53,266 nucleotides of DNA from an uncultured Clostridia bacterium (GTDB taxonomy: Bacteria; Bacillota; Clostridia; TANB77; CAG-508). This document shows positions 22,180-34,094 of this stretch, piece after piece. The position numbers and the translations under genes are program-made. Where the stretch lies: assembly GCA_947631025.1 (NCBI GenBank), contig CANRKA010000004.1, positions 1 to 53,266 of the forward strand, read 5' to 3'. Every line of letters begins with the position of its first letter. Position 1 is the first letter of the stretch. The notes beneath the pieces were generated by a model. The model made no database searches. It was not told the origin of the DNA and was given only the letters and a program-made list of their open reading frames with translations.

Positions 22180-23683
22180 TTATATTCCAAAATTTAAAGA
22201 TTTATAATTTGCATATCTTTCTCTATATAATGCTGTATAGTATTTTTTTTCAAGATTTGGATTAGCAGTTAACGCATTTTCTATTGCTGGCACTACTATA
22301 TGTCCGTCATCTCCGTAATGTATCACCCAACGCATTTGTTGAAGATACTACACATTCATAGCAAGCTGTTGTCATTTTGCTACTGTCTCCATGTTGATAG
22401 TAATATCCTGTAGGATTTGCACTATTTCCAGTATCGTAATTTTTCCTTCTAAAATCTACATTTCTATATACACCACTTATATTTTCTGAAATTAAACCAT
22501 TATGTGTTACTTTATGGTATACATTATTTTTATCTATAAAGTAAAATTCATCTGGGTCCACAAATTCCCTGCTTTGCGTATTTGTTACTACACTATAACC
22601 CATATAGTATTTATTCTTTAGTGGTAGTCCTTGCATAAACGATACTAAACTTACATTGTTTATAATCTTATCCCATTGAGTTTCATCTATTTCTGGCACT
22701 TTATATTTAAAAGTTCCACCTTCATTATAATTTAATATAGATGTTTCTATTCCAGATTTTATAGCTTTTTGAATAATTTCTCTCCTATGTTCATTAAATA
22801 AAGATGAATAACTATCTGGATCATTTTTATCTTTTTCTATCTTTAAATAGTCTCTTTTATTTCCAAGATTGTCATTTACCCATTTAGTGAAATCTTTGCT
22901 TTCTGTAATATAGCTTGAAGCACTTATATCATTAATATCATTAGTCCTTAATTGACTTAATCTATTTTTATCTGTTTCTTCTATAAGTTTTCCTGCAGTT
23001 CCATAACTATACCATTTATTATCAATTTTATAATATTTTATACATTGATTATTACTAGTATTAAATTTCATATATTTATATGGTACATCAATTTTTACAT
23101 TTCCATCAAGTTCTATATTTTCTACAAGTTGTTCATTTTCAAGTTTATCATAATTTCCTGCATATAAGTATCCAGATTTATTTACATAGTCTCCATTTAC
23201 CATTCCACAAACAGTAATATAGCTATCTAATGTATATGATACACTTACGTTTACGCTACCTTCTTTAATTTCTTCTGTATAATATACATATGGTTTTAAC
23301 CCATACTCTTTATTTTCATTATTATTATATAAGGTATATATATAATATCCATCATATAATGTATATATTAAACATGGTGTGTAATATTTTAGTTCATCTT
23401 CAGTATATCCACTTACACCCATTCCAGATGCTAATGAATTATAAAAAGTTTTTATAGAAGCTTCTACATCTCTCATTTTTTCTGTTGTAACATCTTCGGT
23501 ACTACTGTTGCTTTCATTTAATTGAAAAGCTTTTATAGAATCGTATGTTGCATTATTTAGTCTTGTATCGTACAATGTTTGATTATTTATTGTGTTAATC
23601 TCTGTCTTTATATATTGAGATGTAACTACTGTTATAGGTAACATTATTAATATAAATATTATTATTAGAGTTTGTAACTTCAT
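22180..23683 (-). CDS. Membrane-anchored protein of the Tad-like locus, 500 aa with probable +1 shift at CGG 22313-22315
   Basis: N-terminal TM; frame 0 ends TTA CGG AGA TGA; the +1 frame continues GDDGHIVVPAIENAL...YYTALYRERYANYKSLNFGI to a stop at 22180. Confidence 0.8.
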
Positions 23684-23864
23684 ATATTTGCCTTTCTAAA
23701 ATTAATTTATTTATAGAACAAAAGTGGACATTATTAACATTTTTTATTTAGAATATTTTAAAGTCCTTAGTCTTTGTTCTCCCAAATACAAATTATGTAG
23801 CAATTTTTATTTGGAATGCTTTATATTATAGAAAATTAGAATATTTTTTTATAATATAAAATTT

Positions 23865-23880
23865 GCCCCTTTGCAGGGGC
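23865..23880 (-). terminator. Hairpin/terminator after the 23889 ORF
   Basis: GCCCCT-ttgc-AGGGGC. Confidence 0.55.
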
Positions 23881-23888
23881 CTTTATTT

Positions 23889-24413
23889 TTATTTTCCACT
23901 TCCATTTGATGTTACTACACCAGAATGAGATCCTACTATAGATGCTGTATTATTTCCTGCTAATCTATACAAGAAGTTTCTTAATGTTTGTGCTATTGTA
24001 GTGTTTGTATTGTTTGCTGTTACTGTTACTATATCTCCTTCTTTTAGAGTCATTTTTCCGCTTTGAATGTCTGATAATACTTGAGTTGTATATTTTGTAT
24101 AATATATATTTTCTCCTATTTTTGTATAATTTGTTTGTGTTGTTTTCTTTCCAGGGTTTTCATCTAGGATTTGTACTTCTATTTGTACATCAAATGTATT
24201 TCCAGTAGAATTTATTGTTTGTATATATTTATCGTATGCTGCAAGTGTTATCTTTCCTGTAGAACGTATATTTTCTACAAATTCTGTTGTTGCATTTTGT
24301 ACAGAAAGTGAAGATGTATTATCACTATTTTCTGATACAGTTAGTAAAGGAAATACAAACATTAAAACAGCAGCTAGAGCAATTACCGCTACAGTTGTAA
24401 GTGAGTCTCCCAT
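23889..24413 (-). CDS. Pilin/TadE-like protein with N-terminal hydrophobic helix
   Basis: MGDSLTTVAVIALAAVLMFVFPL; AAGGAGG RBS; locus context. Confidence 0.7.
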   Translation of the reverse strand: MGDSLTTVAVIALAAVLMFVFPLLTVSENSDNTSSLSVQNATTEFVENIRSTGKITLAAYDKYIQTINSTGNTFDVQIEVQILDENPGKKTTQTNYTKIGENIYYTKYTTQVLSDIQSGKMTLKEGDIVTVTANNTNTTIAQTLRNFLYRLAGNNTASIVGSHSGVVTSNGSGK

Positions 24414-24440
24414 ATTAAAAACCTCCTTAATTTTAGTATG

Positions 24441-25007
24441 CTAATTATTTTTTACAGTATAAGTTATTACTTTTATTTTATCTGTTTCATCTATATTATC
24501 TTTATTATCAGTAGAATCCTCTATTTCAATTCCTATATTATTATAATATTTATTATCAGTTGTTCCTATTGTCTCTGTAAATGTATAACCTTTTTCCAAC
24601 AAATATTTAACTATATTTTTTACATGTGAGTTTATATTATTTCTCCATATTTCTTCATTTTTATCTTCCAAATTATAGTTTAAATATGCAATAGCCTTAC
24701 CTGTTTTGCTTTGTTCTTCACTAACCTTTAATGCATTCCCATTATCATAAAATAATATAATATACTGTTCTTGTTGATAACGATACAATGTAGGAATTAT
24801 ATCATAAACAGAAACAACACGATTTCCAAATTCATCTGTTGATGTTGTTTTTTTTACTGTTGAATAATATCTTGTTTTATCTGAATATGCAATTATATCT
24901 TCTGACGTATTTTTGGCTTTCATTACTGTTATCATAGCAATTGCAAGTGCTGTTACAAACAATAATGTAAAACCCGCCAGTTTTAAAGCTTCTGCTGCAT
25001 TTTCCAT
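24441..25007 (-). CDS. Pilin-like protein, MENA family
   Basis: MENAAEALKLAGFTLLFVTAL N-terminus; paralog array. Confidence 0.7.
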   Translation of the reverse strand: MENAAEALKLAGFTLLFVTALAIAMITVMKAKNTSEDIIAYSDKTRYYSTVKKTTSTDEFGNRVVSVYDIIPTLYRYQQEQYIILFYDNGNALKVSEEQSKTGKAIAYLNYNLEDKNEEIWRNNINSHVKNIVKYLLEKGYTFTETIGTTDNKYYNNIGIEIEDSTDNKDNIDETDKIKVITYTVKNN

Positions 25008-25016
25008 AAAAAACTC

Positions 25017-25424
25017 CTATTTACCACTACTAATATGTATTGCACAAATTAATCCACCACTTGTATAATCGGCAGTTACATTATAATTTGTTCCTGAACT
25101 TATAGTTATATTATATCTTGTTGGCTTTGCAGCTGCAAAATCAGTTAGTGCAGTTCCTTCACTTAAAAATGTTATATATCTTCCATCATTACATGTTGAG
25201 TTATAATTATTAATTGAACTTTGTAGTGATTTAACTGTGCTTCCTAATTGATTTCCTAAATATCCTTCCCATTTTGAATTAAAAGCTGAAACTTCTTGAT
25301 CTGTTAAGTTTACATCTCCTATAGCACTTTTACCCTTATTTAAAACAATTACTCCTAAAGTTATTAATACAATTGCAATTAAAATAGCTGCTGCTATTAA
25401 TAATGCTTTACTTGCGTTTTCCAT
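25017..25424 (-). CDS. Pilin-like protein, MENA family
   Basis: MENASKALLIAAAILIAIVLITLG; strong AAGGAGGAG RBS; FNSKWEGY motif. Confidence 0.75.
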   Translation of the reverse strand: MENASKALLIAAAILIAIVLITLGVIVLNKGKSAIGDVNLTDQEVSAFNSKWEGYLGNQLGSTVKSLQSSINNYNSTCNDGRYITFLSEGTALTDFAAAKPTRYNITISSGTNYNVTADYTSGGLICAIHISSGK

Positions 25425-25513
25425 AATTTGCTCCTCCTTATTTTTTATTATTTTTTATTTTTTATATATTTTTCCTAACCTAATTGGCTATGATATTATT
25501 AACAAATTTATTT

Positions 25514-25942
25514 TTATTGTTGCTTAATAAGCACGTATTTTATTTTTTTTGTTTTTTGGTGGTATTCTATTTTACTTATTTTAAATGTTTCTAAACTAAA
25601 GCTATTTATAAATTTTTCTACCCCCAAATTATATATATTTTCCATAGAATATGTTGTATCATTATCTTTTATATATAATTCAATTTTTATAGAGTTTTCA
25701 TTATTTTCTATATAATTGCCTTTTTCATCTTTTTTTATATTATTTTGCTCATTATTATTTATTGCTTTATTTATTATTGTTGCAATCTCTGTTCCTGAAA
25801 TTTCGCTGTTTTCATATTTACTAAAGTTGTTATTATATTCTTTTAATTCTTGTACATTTTTTATGTATGTTCTATATGCATATACCATAGAAATTACAAT
25901 TATTGCAACAAGTATTAATATTGTAATTATATATTTTTTCAT
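25514..25942 (-). CDS. Pilin-like membrane-anchored protein, diverged member of the same family
   Basis: N-terminal TM; YNNNFSKY..ISGTEIATIINKA resembles its neighbours. Confidence 0.7.
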   Translation of the reverse strand: MKKYIITILILVAIIVISMVYAYRTYIKNVQELKEYNNNFSKYENSEISGTEIATIINKAINNNEQNNIKKDEKGNYIENNENSIKIELYIKDNDTTYSMENIYNLGVEKFINSFSLETFKISKIEYHQKTKKIKYVLIKQQ

Positions 25943-26027
25943 ATTTTACACCTATCTGTATTATAAATAATTTCGCCTTTTTTGTAAATAGATTTTTTTG
26001 GTTTATTTGTAATAATTTGTATGTTTT

Positions 26028-26537
26028 TTATTTAGAAATATTAAATTTAATCGATTTTACGAGTCCTGTTTTTTTACTTGTATCTACTGTACAGCTAAAA
26101 TAATAATACTCGCTTCCATTAGTCCCATTTTTTATAAATTCATTTAATCTACTTTCGTCTGCTATTTCATCTACTGTAATTCCATTTAATTTCTCGCAAT
26201 CTACATAAATGTATGTATTATTTTCGTCTTTATAATTTAAGTTTGTCCCATCTGCATATTTTCTAGCTGTTGTACTAAATCCATATTTTTTATTGCTATC
26301 TTTTGCTAAATTTATTATTGTTACTACATCGTAAGCTGTACACAATTCTTCTTTTCCCTGAGTTTGATATTTTGTAAATTGTGAATTAAATTCTTGCAGT
26401 TCTGTTTTGCTAAGATTATTATTTATTTCTTTGCTGTAACCTCCAAATGTCATAAATAAATATGTTCCTATAGAAATGAGCATTATTGATATTAATACTC
26501 CTGCTGCCATTAATAATGCATCTGATGCATTTTCCAT
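26028..26537 (-). CDS. Pilin-like protein, MENA family
   Basis: MENASDALLMAAGVLISIMLISIG; FNSQFTKY..AYDVVTIINLA. Confidence 0.75.
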   Translation of the reverse strand: MENASDALLMAAGVLISIMLISIGTYLFMTFGGYSKEINNNLSKTELQEFNSQFTKYQTQGKEELCTAYDVVTIINLAKDSNKKYGFSTTARKYADGTNLNYKDENNTYIYVDCEKLNGITVDEIADESRLNEFIKNGTNGSEYYYFSCTVDTSKKTGLVKSIKFNISK

Positions 26538-26603
26538 TTATTGCCCATCTCCTTTCTTTTTTAGGATAATACTATTGTGATATATACAATTTAATTTTTA
26601 TAG

Positions 26604-27206
26604 TTATTCTTCCTTGTAAGTCATTTTCTTAATTCTTCCATTTTCTGAGTATTGTGGTTCAATGCTTTTAAATTTTTTATTTTTTAGCCCTGAATATTTT
26701 TGGTATGTTTCATAATCCTTATTTAAATTACCTAATTCGTCTTCTGTTTTATTTATTTTCTTTAAAATTTGATTTCTTTGATATTTTGCTGCTTCAGTAT
26801 CTTTATTATTAGTTTCATAAAGAGCTTCTAGGTTACCTGCTGATTTATACGTATTCATTAACTTAGATTCTTCATCAATTATATCTGTAAAGTAATCTAT
26901 ATCTTTTTTTCCTACACCATTTATTGTTACTTCTAATTCCATTTCCTCATAGCCATCTTTTCCAGCAACTCTTGTATTATAATCTTTCATTTTATTTGCT
27001 AAAGATAATAGCTCACTTCCGTATAATGTTTTTTTATATGATTCATATGATTTATTAAATTTTTCTGTTTGTTCTATTCTTTGAATATCTGCTTCTTGCA
27101 CCTTATTTCCTCTTAGTTCTCTAAACATTAATATAAGTGCAGATATTACTATTAATGAAATTAATATTGTTCCTGCTATTGTTAAAGCTCTTGATGCATT
27201 TTCCAT
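26604..27206 (-). CDS. Pilin-like protein, MENA family
   Basis: MENASRALTIAGTILISLIVISAL; FNKSYESY..GSELLSLANK. Confidence 0.75.
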   Translation of the reverse strand: MENASRALTIAGTILISLIVISALILMFRELRGNKVQEADIQRIEQTEKFNKSYESYKKTLYGSELLSLANKMKDYNTRVAGKDGYEEMELEVTINGVGKKDIDYFTDIIDEESKLMNTYKSAGNLEALYETNNKDTEAAKYQRNQILKKINKTEDELGNLNKDYETYQKYSGLKNKKFKSIEPQYSENGRIKKMTYKEE

Positions 27207-27248
27207 TTAATACTTCTCCCTTTTAATTTATTTTTCCATAGCTTTGCA

Positions 27249-29331
27249 TTACATTGTCATTTTTGACATTGTGTTAAATGAACTTGTCATACTTGCTAAT
27301 CCTATAAATACTAGTGGTATTATTAAATATCCTACAAACATACATACCATTGGTGCAAATCCTATTACTTTTCCTATCATTCCTTTTCTTGAAATAAGTC
27401 TATTATTTGATTCTTTACGTTTTTCTTGATAATATGCTCTTTCTGTATCTAGCTCATCAAAAGCTTCTCTTATTGGAATTTTTTCTACAGCTGCTTGCAT
27501 ACTTTCTATTATACGTATCATTTCCTGGTATGATATGTTTTCTTTCATTTCTTCTAGTGCTTCCCATGCTCCTGCTTCGTAGTTATTTATACATTTGCTT
27601 AATGGTTCTTTAAATATATTAGAATATCTTTCTAGCCATTCTAATATCATTTCTACATTTATTCTTTCTATTTTCATAAGCATTAATATAATTGTATGGA
27701 ATTGCATAACTTCATCTTCCATTTCCATTAAACGCATTCTTTTTTGGAAATGTAATAATAGTATTGGTCCTAAATATCCTAGTAAAGCAAATACTATAGC
27801 AATTAATACTTCAAACCATTTTACATATTCACTGTTTACTGTTTGTAATTTTTTCCACACTCTTTCAGCATCTATAGCTCTATCTTCATCTGACACATCT
27901 TTATAATATGTTGAGTACTTCATTGCATAATCTATATCTTGCTGTGTTGTTTTTAATTTTCCTTTAAATTTGTTCAAGAATATATTATCTTTTTCTGTAA
28001 TTTCCATTGCCTTTTTTTCATCTGACTCAGACAAATCGCCGAAGTACGTCATATTCGGTTGTTGGTTGTGTATATACATAATCTACTGCAACCCTATGTA
28101 ATTGTGTAAACAATACTAAAGATACTAAAAATGTTGCTATACATATTGTAATTCTATTTACATATAGCCATTGCATTTTTAACTTAGACGCAGAATCTTT
28201 TAGTAATTCTTTTATTTTTCTGTAATCTTTTGTACCTGGTTTTGGCATAAATAAATTTACTATTTGTTTTGCAATCTTATTTTTATATACTTTTTCTTGC
28301 CATGGATTTTCGTAATTTTTTGTTTGTGTATTTACTGCTCCATTATCTTTTAGTTTTCTTGTAAGCATATAACAAATTGCCGTTAATACAATTATTAATA
28401 CTTGTACAATTAATCCTGCTTTTCCAAAATAAAAGCTTTTTGTAAATGCAAATTGACTTACAGACCAATTTTTAATCATTTCTAAAAATAGCATTGGTAC
28501 AACAGAAATTACAGATAAACTTTGAAATACATAGTCTAGTTTATCTCTTTTTAAAATTTCTAATTGCATTTCTTGTGTTATGTTTGTTAAATTTTTTAAG
28601 TATAAAGAAGAAGATGTATCTGTTTTTCTATCTCCAAATTCTTTTGTTAAATAAGATATTCCAGCAAATTCTTTTAAATAGCTATTTGGTGCTACATCAT
28701 AATATTTTTCTAGTTCCATTTCTGGATCATCTGAAATTAATATTTCATAAATTTTTTCTGCTTGTGCACTTATTTCATTTTCCGTTTCTTGTGCAGTTTG
28801 ATATATTGCTTCTTCTACCATATTGTATTCGTGGTAGGCATGACGTATTTCACTAAAGAAATCTATTTGTTGTTTTAATAAATTATTATCTATTTTATCT
28901 ACACTACCATCTATTATGGTATCTATTAAAAACAATTCAAATACTAATAACATAGACATTAGCAGTACATTTGAATGAGTTAGCCAAATTACTATACCTG
29001 TTAATGGTATTATAATTGCTAGTGCCTTTGTTAATATTTTTGCTGCCTGTTTTCTTGTTAAATATTCATCATCTATGTTTGTTATTTCTAGTCTTCTTCT
29101 AAGTTTTAATAAATATCTTTTTATTATTGGTATTTTTCTATAATTTAAATATAGCTTTTGAAATAATATATCTGTTGAAAAGGAGCTTTTTTCTGTTCCT
29201 TGTCTTAAAGCTTTTATTTGTTTAATTTCTGAGCTTTGCATTTTTTTGTTTAGTATTAAATATGCTATTAAAATTACTGCAAGTAATGCTACTGCTGCTA
29301 TAACTATATATACTAATACTTCGTTTGACAT
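27249..29331 (-). CDS. Polytopic membrane platform protein (TadB/TadC-like fusion), 693 aa with +1 shift at CGG 28039-28041
   Basis: Multiple TM segments directly downstream of the secretion ATPase; the two overlapping ORFs join as YDVL-G-DLSESDEKK. Confidence 0.75.
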
Positions 29332-29398
29332 GTTTTTGCTCCTTTCTTTATTTTTTTAAGTTAAATTTAATATATTTACATTTTTTTATATTTATTAG

Positions 29399-31352
29399 CT
29401 ATATTTTAGTTGTTGGTTTTCTTCTACCTCTTTTTGATTCTATTTGTTCTTCGTTATATTCACTTTTTTTAGGTTTTATTCCCCAATTTTTGTTTAAGAA
29501 TTTATCGAATTCTTCTAGGTCTTCATCTGACATATTTAGTCTCATTGCTGCTATGTTCTCATCTGTTATAGGATTTGTTATTACATATTTTCCATCTACA
29601 TATTCCATTATATTTCTGTATGTATATAGTTCATTGTTTGTAATTTTTGTAAAGTAATTTGTTGCATTATCAAAAAATTTATTAAATTTTCCTTCTAATG
29701 TTTTTTCGTTTCTATAGTCGAATGTATATTCATTTTTAGCTTCTATTGGTATACACTCTGTTACTCTTTCTATGTATCTTCTTCCTCTAAAATCTTTTAC
29801 TAAATGTATATCGAAGTTTAATACTTGTACAACTTGTTCTTCTGCTGTTTTTTCATCTGTAAATACTCCTGTTCTTAGCATAGAGTTTCTTAATGCTGTT
29901 ACTAAGTTTGGAAATGTTTTTGCATGGTGTGTAAATAATGTAAACTTAGATGCAACTTGAGCTGCTTGTATCATCCATGATGCTACGGGGTCTGTTGCAA
30001 CTTCTCCGAATTATATTAACAGAACCATCTGTTTTCTTTTGAACATCCAAACCTTCTTGTCCAGAGATTGTATCTGTTTCTCTAAAAGATAATATATTTC
30101 TTGTTGGATATATTTTTCTTAAGTGAAGTTCAAATGCAACCTCTTGAACTCTTATGTTCATTGTTTCGTATATGTTTTCAATCATTCCCATAAGCATTGT
30201 TGTTTTACCAGAACCTTGCTCACCTGTAAGTGATACTATTCTTGCACCTTTTACTAAGAATTTTAGTAAATTAATTGCATCTTCTTTTCCTGGTATTGTA
30301 ATTAATTGCTCTAATGTAGCTCTTTTAACATCAAATTTTCTAACAAAGAATGCCCATGTTTCTGAAAAGCTTGGTCTTACAACAACAACACGAGAACCGT
30401 CTTTCATTTCATTTATTTTATAACCATTTGTATCTGATAATTGTCCTGGGTTATTGTATTTATATATATTTTGGCATACTCTTTTAAGTTCTGCTTCTGT
30501 TCCAAAACTTAAAAATGCTAAACGTATAGATTTACCTTGGAAGAATATCCAAATACTATCACATGCACGTGGAACTTTATGTTCTGCAACTTGTACTAAA
30601 TAATCTCCATCTGTTTGTGCAACTTGGCTTAAGAAACTTTCTGGTAAACCAGAAACACCACCAGAAACACCATCTATATTCATATCTCTAATTTCATCTA
30701 TACTTGAATACCCTTTATAGTGTTGATATATTCTTTGAACTACTACATTTAATTTGTCTGAAAAGGTTAATACAATTTGTTCTTTTTCGTAAATATCATT
30801 TATTTCTTCTGCAGTAATAACATAAGATGGTTTTGTTTCTCCTGCTATGTATTTTAAAGATGCTAAATTATATTTTTTTATTAATTCTGTTAAAGCTTCA
30901 TATCCAAATTCTTGCTTATATACAAATAGTAATATATCAAACTTATCTTGTGCTGTTAATAATGAAGGAGTATCAAATTGAATAGCTCTTGAAATATTTG
31001 TTTCATCTACGCCATATTCTTTTGATAAAATATCATAAATTAACTCTTTTACATATTTTTTATCATTAACATCTCCATAAGTACAACCTTTTAGGGCTTT
31101 CTTTAATTCATATTTTTTATTTTTTCTTCTTTTAAGTTCTTCTTCTGAAAGTCCTATATCATATAAGTTGATTTTAGTAATTTCATCTAGTCTTTTTTTA
31201 ACATATTCTATCATTTTTTCAATTGTATATGTTTTATCATCAACTTCTATTTGTTGTTCTGGAGTTTCATTTTGTTTCTTTTTTATATTGTTATATACTA
31301 CAAGTATAGTAATACCAATAATTCCAATTGTTAAAATTATGTTGATAATCAT
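29399..31352 (-). CDS. CpaF/TadA/VirB11-family secretion ATPase, 650 aa with +1 shift at CGG 30006-30008
   Basis: DGSRV, Walker A GEQGSGKTT; the shift restores Walker B NII-G-EVA; His box TLFTHHA follows. Confidence 0.88.
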
Positions 31353-31373
31353 TTTTTACTCCTTCCTAAAGAA

Positions 31374-32210
31374 TTAAAGTTTTAAATTTAATTCTTGAAT
31401 TTTATATATAATTCTGTCTGTTATATTTCTTGTTTCATTTAAAAAATCTATATATTTGTCATCTGTTTTTACAGTTTTTAGTTTTAAGAATAAGTCTGCA
31501 ACTGTTCCTTCATCACATGCATCATTAAATAATGTATTATAAGATAAATAACCTATGTCTTTTCCTATTTTTAAATATCTTGCAATATTTTTAGAATTGT
31601 ATTTAGAAAATCTGTCATATCTGCCTATATATGGGACTATATTTTTCTTTCCTTTTAAATATCCCTGTGATATAGAATTTATATATTGCTCTAAACTACT
31701 ATTTTTTTGATTTATACCGTAAATAATTACACTAGAAGATTCTAATATTTTATTTGTTATTTCATTATTTATATTTCTGTTTAAGTCTACTATAACCATA
31801 TCATAATACATAGAAGCGTTTGAAATAACTTCAGGATAGATTTTAAATATTTCTTGATAATCTTGCTCATTTCCAGTAAAACCTTCTAATATTTCCAATC
31901 TATTTTTAAATACTATTTTAGTATAATTTGTAATTATATTAGGAGTTAACTTTCCACTGTTTGCTGCCTTTGCAATTCCTTGTATTCCTGAATCTATATT
32001 TACTTTGTTTGTGCCTTCAAAAATACTCATTATTCCTTTTTTTGCTTTTTGCTCTTGCCAAAAAGCAGTTGCAAGTTCACTATTATTATAAGTAGAAATT
32101 AGCAGAATTTTATAATTGTGCTCTATTGTCATTTGTGTTGCAACAGCAATAGCAGCAGAAGTCTGACCTATTTCTTTTTTGTTTTCACTCCAAAATGTAA
32201 CTATAGCCAT
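31374..32210 (-). CDS. ParA/MinD/CpaE-like protein (degenerate P-loop)
   Basis: IVTFWS...IGQTSAAIAVA, YDMVIVDL; locus context. Confidence 0.7.
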   Translation of the reverse strand: MAIVTFWSENKKEIGQTSAAIAVATQMTIEHNYKILLISTYNNSELATAFWQEQKAKKGIMSIFEGTNKVNIDSGIQGIAKAANSGKLTPNIITNYTKIVFKNRLEILEGFTGNEQDYQEIFKIYPEVISNASMYYDMVIVDLNRNINNEITNKILESSSVIIYGINQKNSSLEQYINSISQGYLKGKKNIVPYIGRYDRFSKYNSKNIARYLKIGKDIGYLSYNTLFNDACDEGTVADLFLKLKTVKTDDKYIDFLNETRNITDRIIYKIQELNLKL

Positions 32211-32902
32211 TATAATTCTCCTTTTTCAAAATTTTTTAAAGCTTTAAGCAATTTGTTTATTTCGTTTTCTCCTATCAGTTCTTCTGCAATATACATTAGA
32301 CTTTCTCTATATTGTGAAGATAAATTTTTAAATTTTATTCTAGATAACCTTTGATTATCTATTATTGCAGATTCATCCCCTAATTCTAATGGAAAATATA
32401 CTCTATAATTGTTCCACATTACTTTATATTCAAGTGATAAATAATCTAAGTATTCATTTTCTTCTTCTAATATTTCTTTAGAAAATATTACCTTAGTTAA
32501 ACTAATGGTCTGATTTATTCCATTTAATATTTGTAATCCTTTTCTTATTGAATATAAATTAAATGATGTTACAAAATAATTTTTGTAGTTATCTATCATA
32601 TAAAAATTTTGAAATGCCTCACTATTATCTGCATCTATAAGAATAAAATCATATTCTAATTGCGTAGTTCCTAAGTATTTAGCAATATTTTCATAATCAT
32701 TAAATCCTATTGCTATATCTATTTCTTCATAATTTGTAATATAGCAAAAAGTAGGATTAATTGTTGGAACTATATATTTTGCTTTTTGTTCTGTTGTTGC
32801 ATCTATAATTAAAACTTTTTTATCTGCTATGCTTAGCATTTTAGCTATATATATTATCATGTCAGTTTTATTGTATGCTCCTATAAATCCTACTCTTTTC
32901 AT
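32210..32902 (-). CDS. ParA-like protein, degenerate P-loop
   Basis: VGFIGAYNKTD...KKVLIIDAT...YDFILID; overlaps the next start codon by 1 nt. Confidence 0.7.
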   Translation of the reverse strand: MKRVGFIGAYNKTDMIIYIAKMLSIADKKVLIIDATTEQKAKYIVPTINPTFCYITNYEEIDIAIGFNDYENIAKYLGTTQLEYDFILIDADNSEAFQNFYMIDNYKNYFVTSFNLYSIRKGLQILNGINQTISLTKVIFSKEILEEENEYLDYLSLEYKVMWNNYRVYFPLELGDESAIIDNQRLSRIKFKNLSSQYRESLMYIAEELIGENEINKLLKALKNFEKGEL

Positions 32903-32916
32903 TTTACCCTCCTATT

Positions 32917-33987
32917 TTAAACATCTGCACTTCCATTTAATGCTTCTAAATAGTTTTCTCTTAATTCTTTTTGTTTTTGAATTTGTTCTTGTATTCCAGT
33001 CTCTACATTATCTGTAGCTTCTTCAGAATGGTTATTTAATTGACTATTTACAGTTTCATTTCTTTGATCTGTATTATATCTTGCCCATAAAGCTTGTTTT
33101 GCAGTTTCAATAATATTGCTATCTGAATTTATTAAATCCATTGTTTCCTTACTTACAGGATATGTTGGAGTAGATTTTGTTTGATTTCCTGGATCTGTGT
33201 ATTTTGCTGCATATAATTCAGACCCATTCATAATATATGCTTCTACTATTGCATTACTCATTGTTAAAATTTCTTCTTCTGATAATTTTACTTCTATTGT
33301 ATCTGTAGAAGGAATTCCTGCTATATCTGGAATAGAAACTTCTTTTTTAGACACAACTATGTAATCTACACCATTTGGTAAACGTAAACGAATATCTACG
33401 AAATCTCCTGTTTCTAATGTTGTTGGTAAAGTTACCATATTAAATTCTTGTGTTCTTACATCATCTGTGTTTACTTCATCACTTTGTGCAACTAATGCTC
33501 TTGTAATTACTGTATTTGATTTCATATCTACTTTAGCAATTAATGGAACATTTGTTAATTTAACTGTTTCTTTTCCACCATTTACTTTTTTAGTATAGTT
33601 TCCATTATCATCCATTTCTATTCTTACTTTAGAACTTCCATCTTGAATGTATAATCCATCTTTATCTGAATATACTTCATTTCCATTTTCATCTTGTAGT
33701 GAATATGTACTAAATGTGCTTGCATCACTTATTGCATTTGCTGGAACTGTAGTTTTACTAACAGTTAACATTGAAAGCATATCTGATGTTATTACTTGTC
33801 CAGAAAATACGTCTGTAGATAAAGTATACACTTGTACCATACTTGCTTTTAATTCTTTTTCCGCTTCTATTTTTTTATATAACATAAATCCTAAAAGTCC
33901 TATTATTATTAAACTTATAAGCAATGTTATTATTACACCTTTCATAAAAGATATATTTTTTTGTCTTTGCATTGGATTACTTGCCAT
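32917..33987 (-). CDS. SAF-domain CpaB/RcpC-like protein
   Basis: TM, then VYTLSTDVFSGQVITSDML (SAF-like) and LETGDFVDIRL; first gene of the locus. Confidence 0.7.
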   Translation of the reverse strand: MASNPMQRQKNISFMKGVIITLLISLIIIGLLGFMLYKKIEAEKELKASMVQVYTLSTDVFSGQVITSDMLSMLTVSKTTVPANAISDASTFSTYSLQDENGNEVYSDKDGLYIQDGSSKVRIEMDDNGNYTKKVNGGKETVKLTNVPLIAKVDMKSNTVITRALVAQSDEVNTDDVRTQEFNMVTLPTTLETGDFVDIRLRLPNGVDYIVVSKKEVSIPDIAGIPSTDTIEVKLSEEEILTMSNAIVEAYIMNGSELYAAKYTDPGNQTKSTPTYPVSKETMDLINSDSNIIETAKQALWARYNTDQRNETVNSQLNNHSEEATDNVETGIQEQIQKQKELRENYLEALNGSADV

Positions 33988-34094
33988 TTACTATTCCTCC
34001 TTAAAATACATTCTTTTCATCTATAGTTTATTTTACAACAACAATCGACTAAATACAATGAATTATCTCATATGTTATACAAATATAAAAAAAA

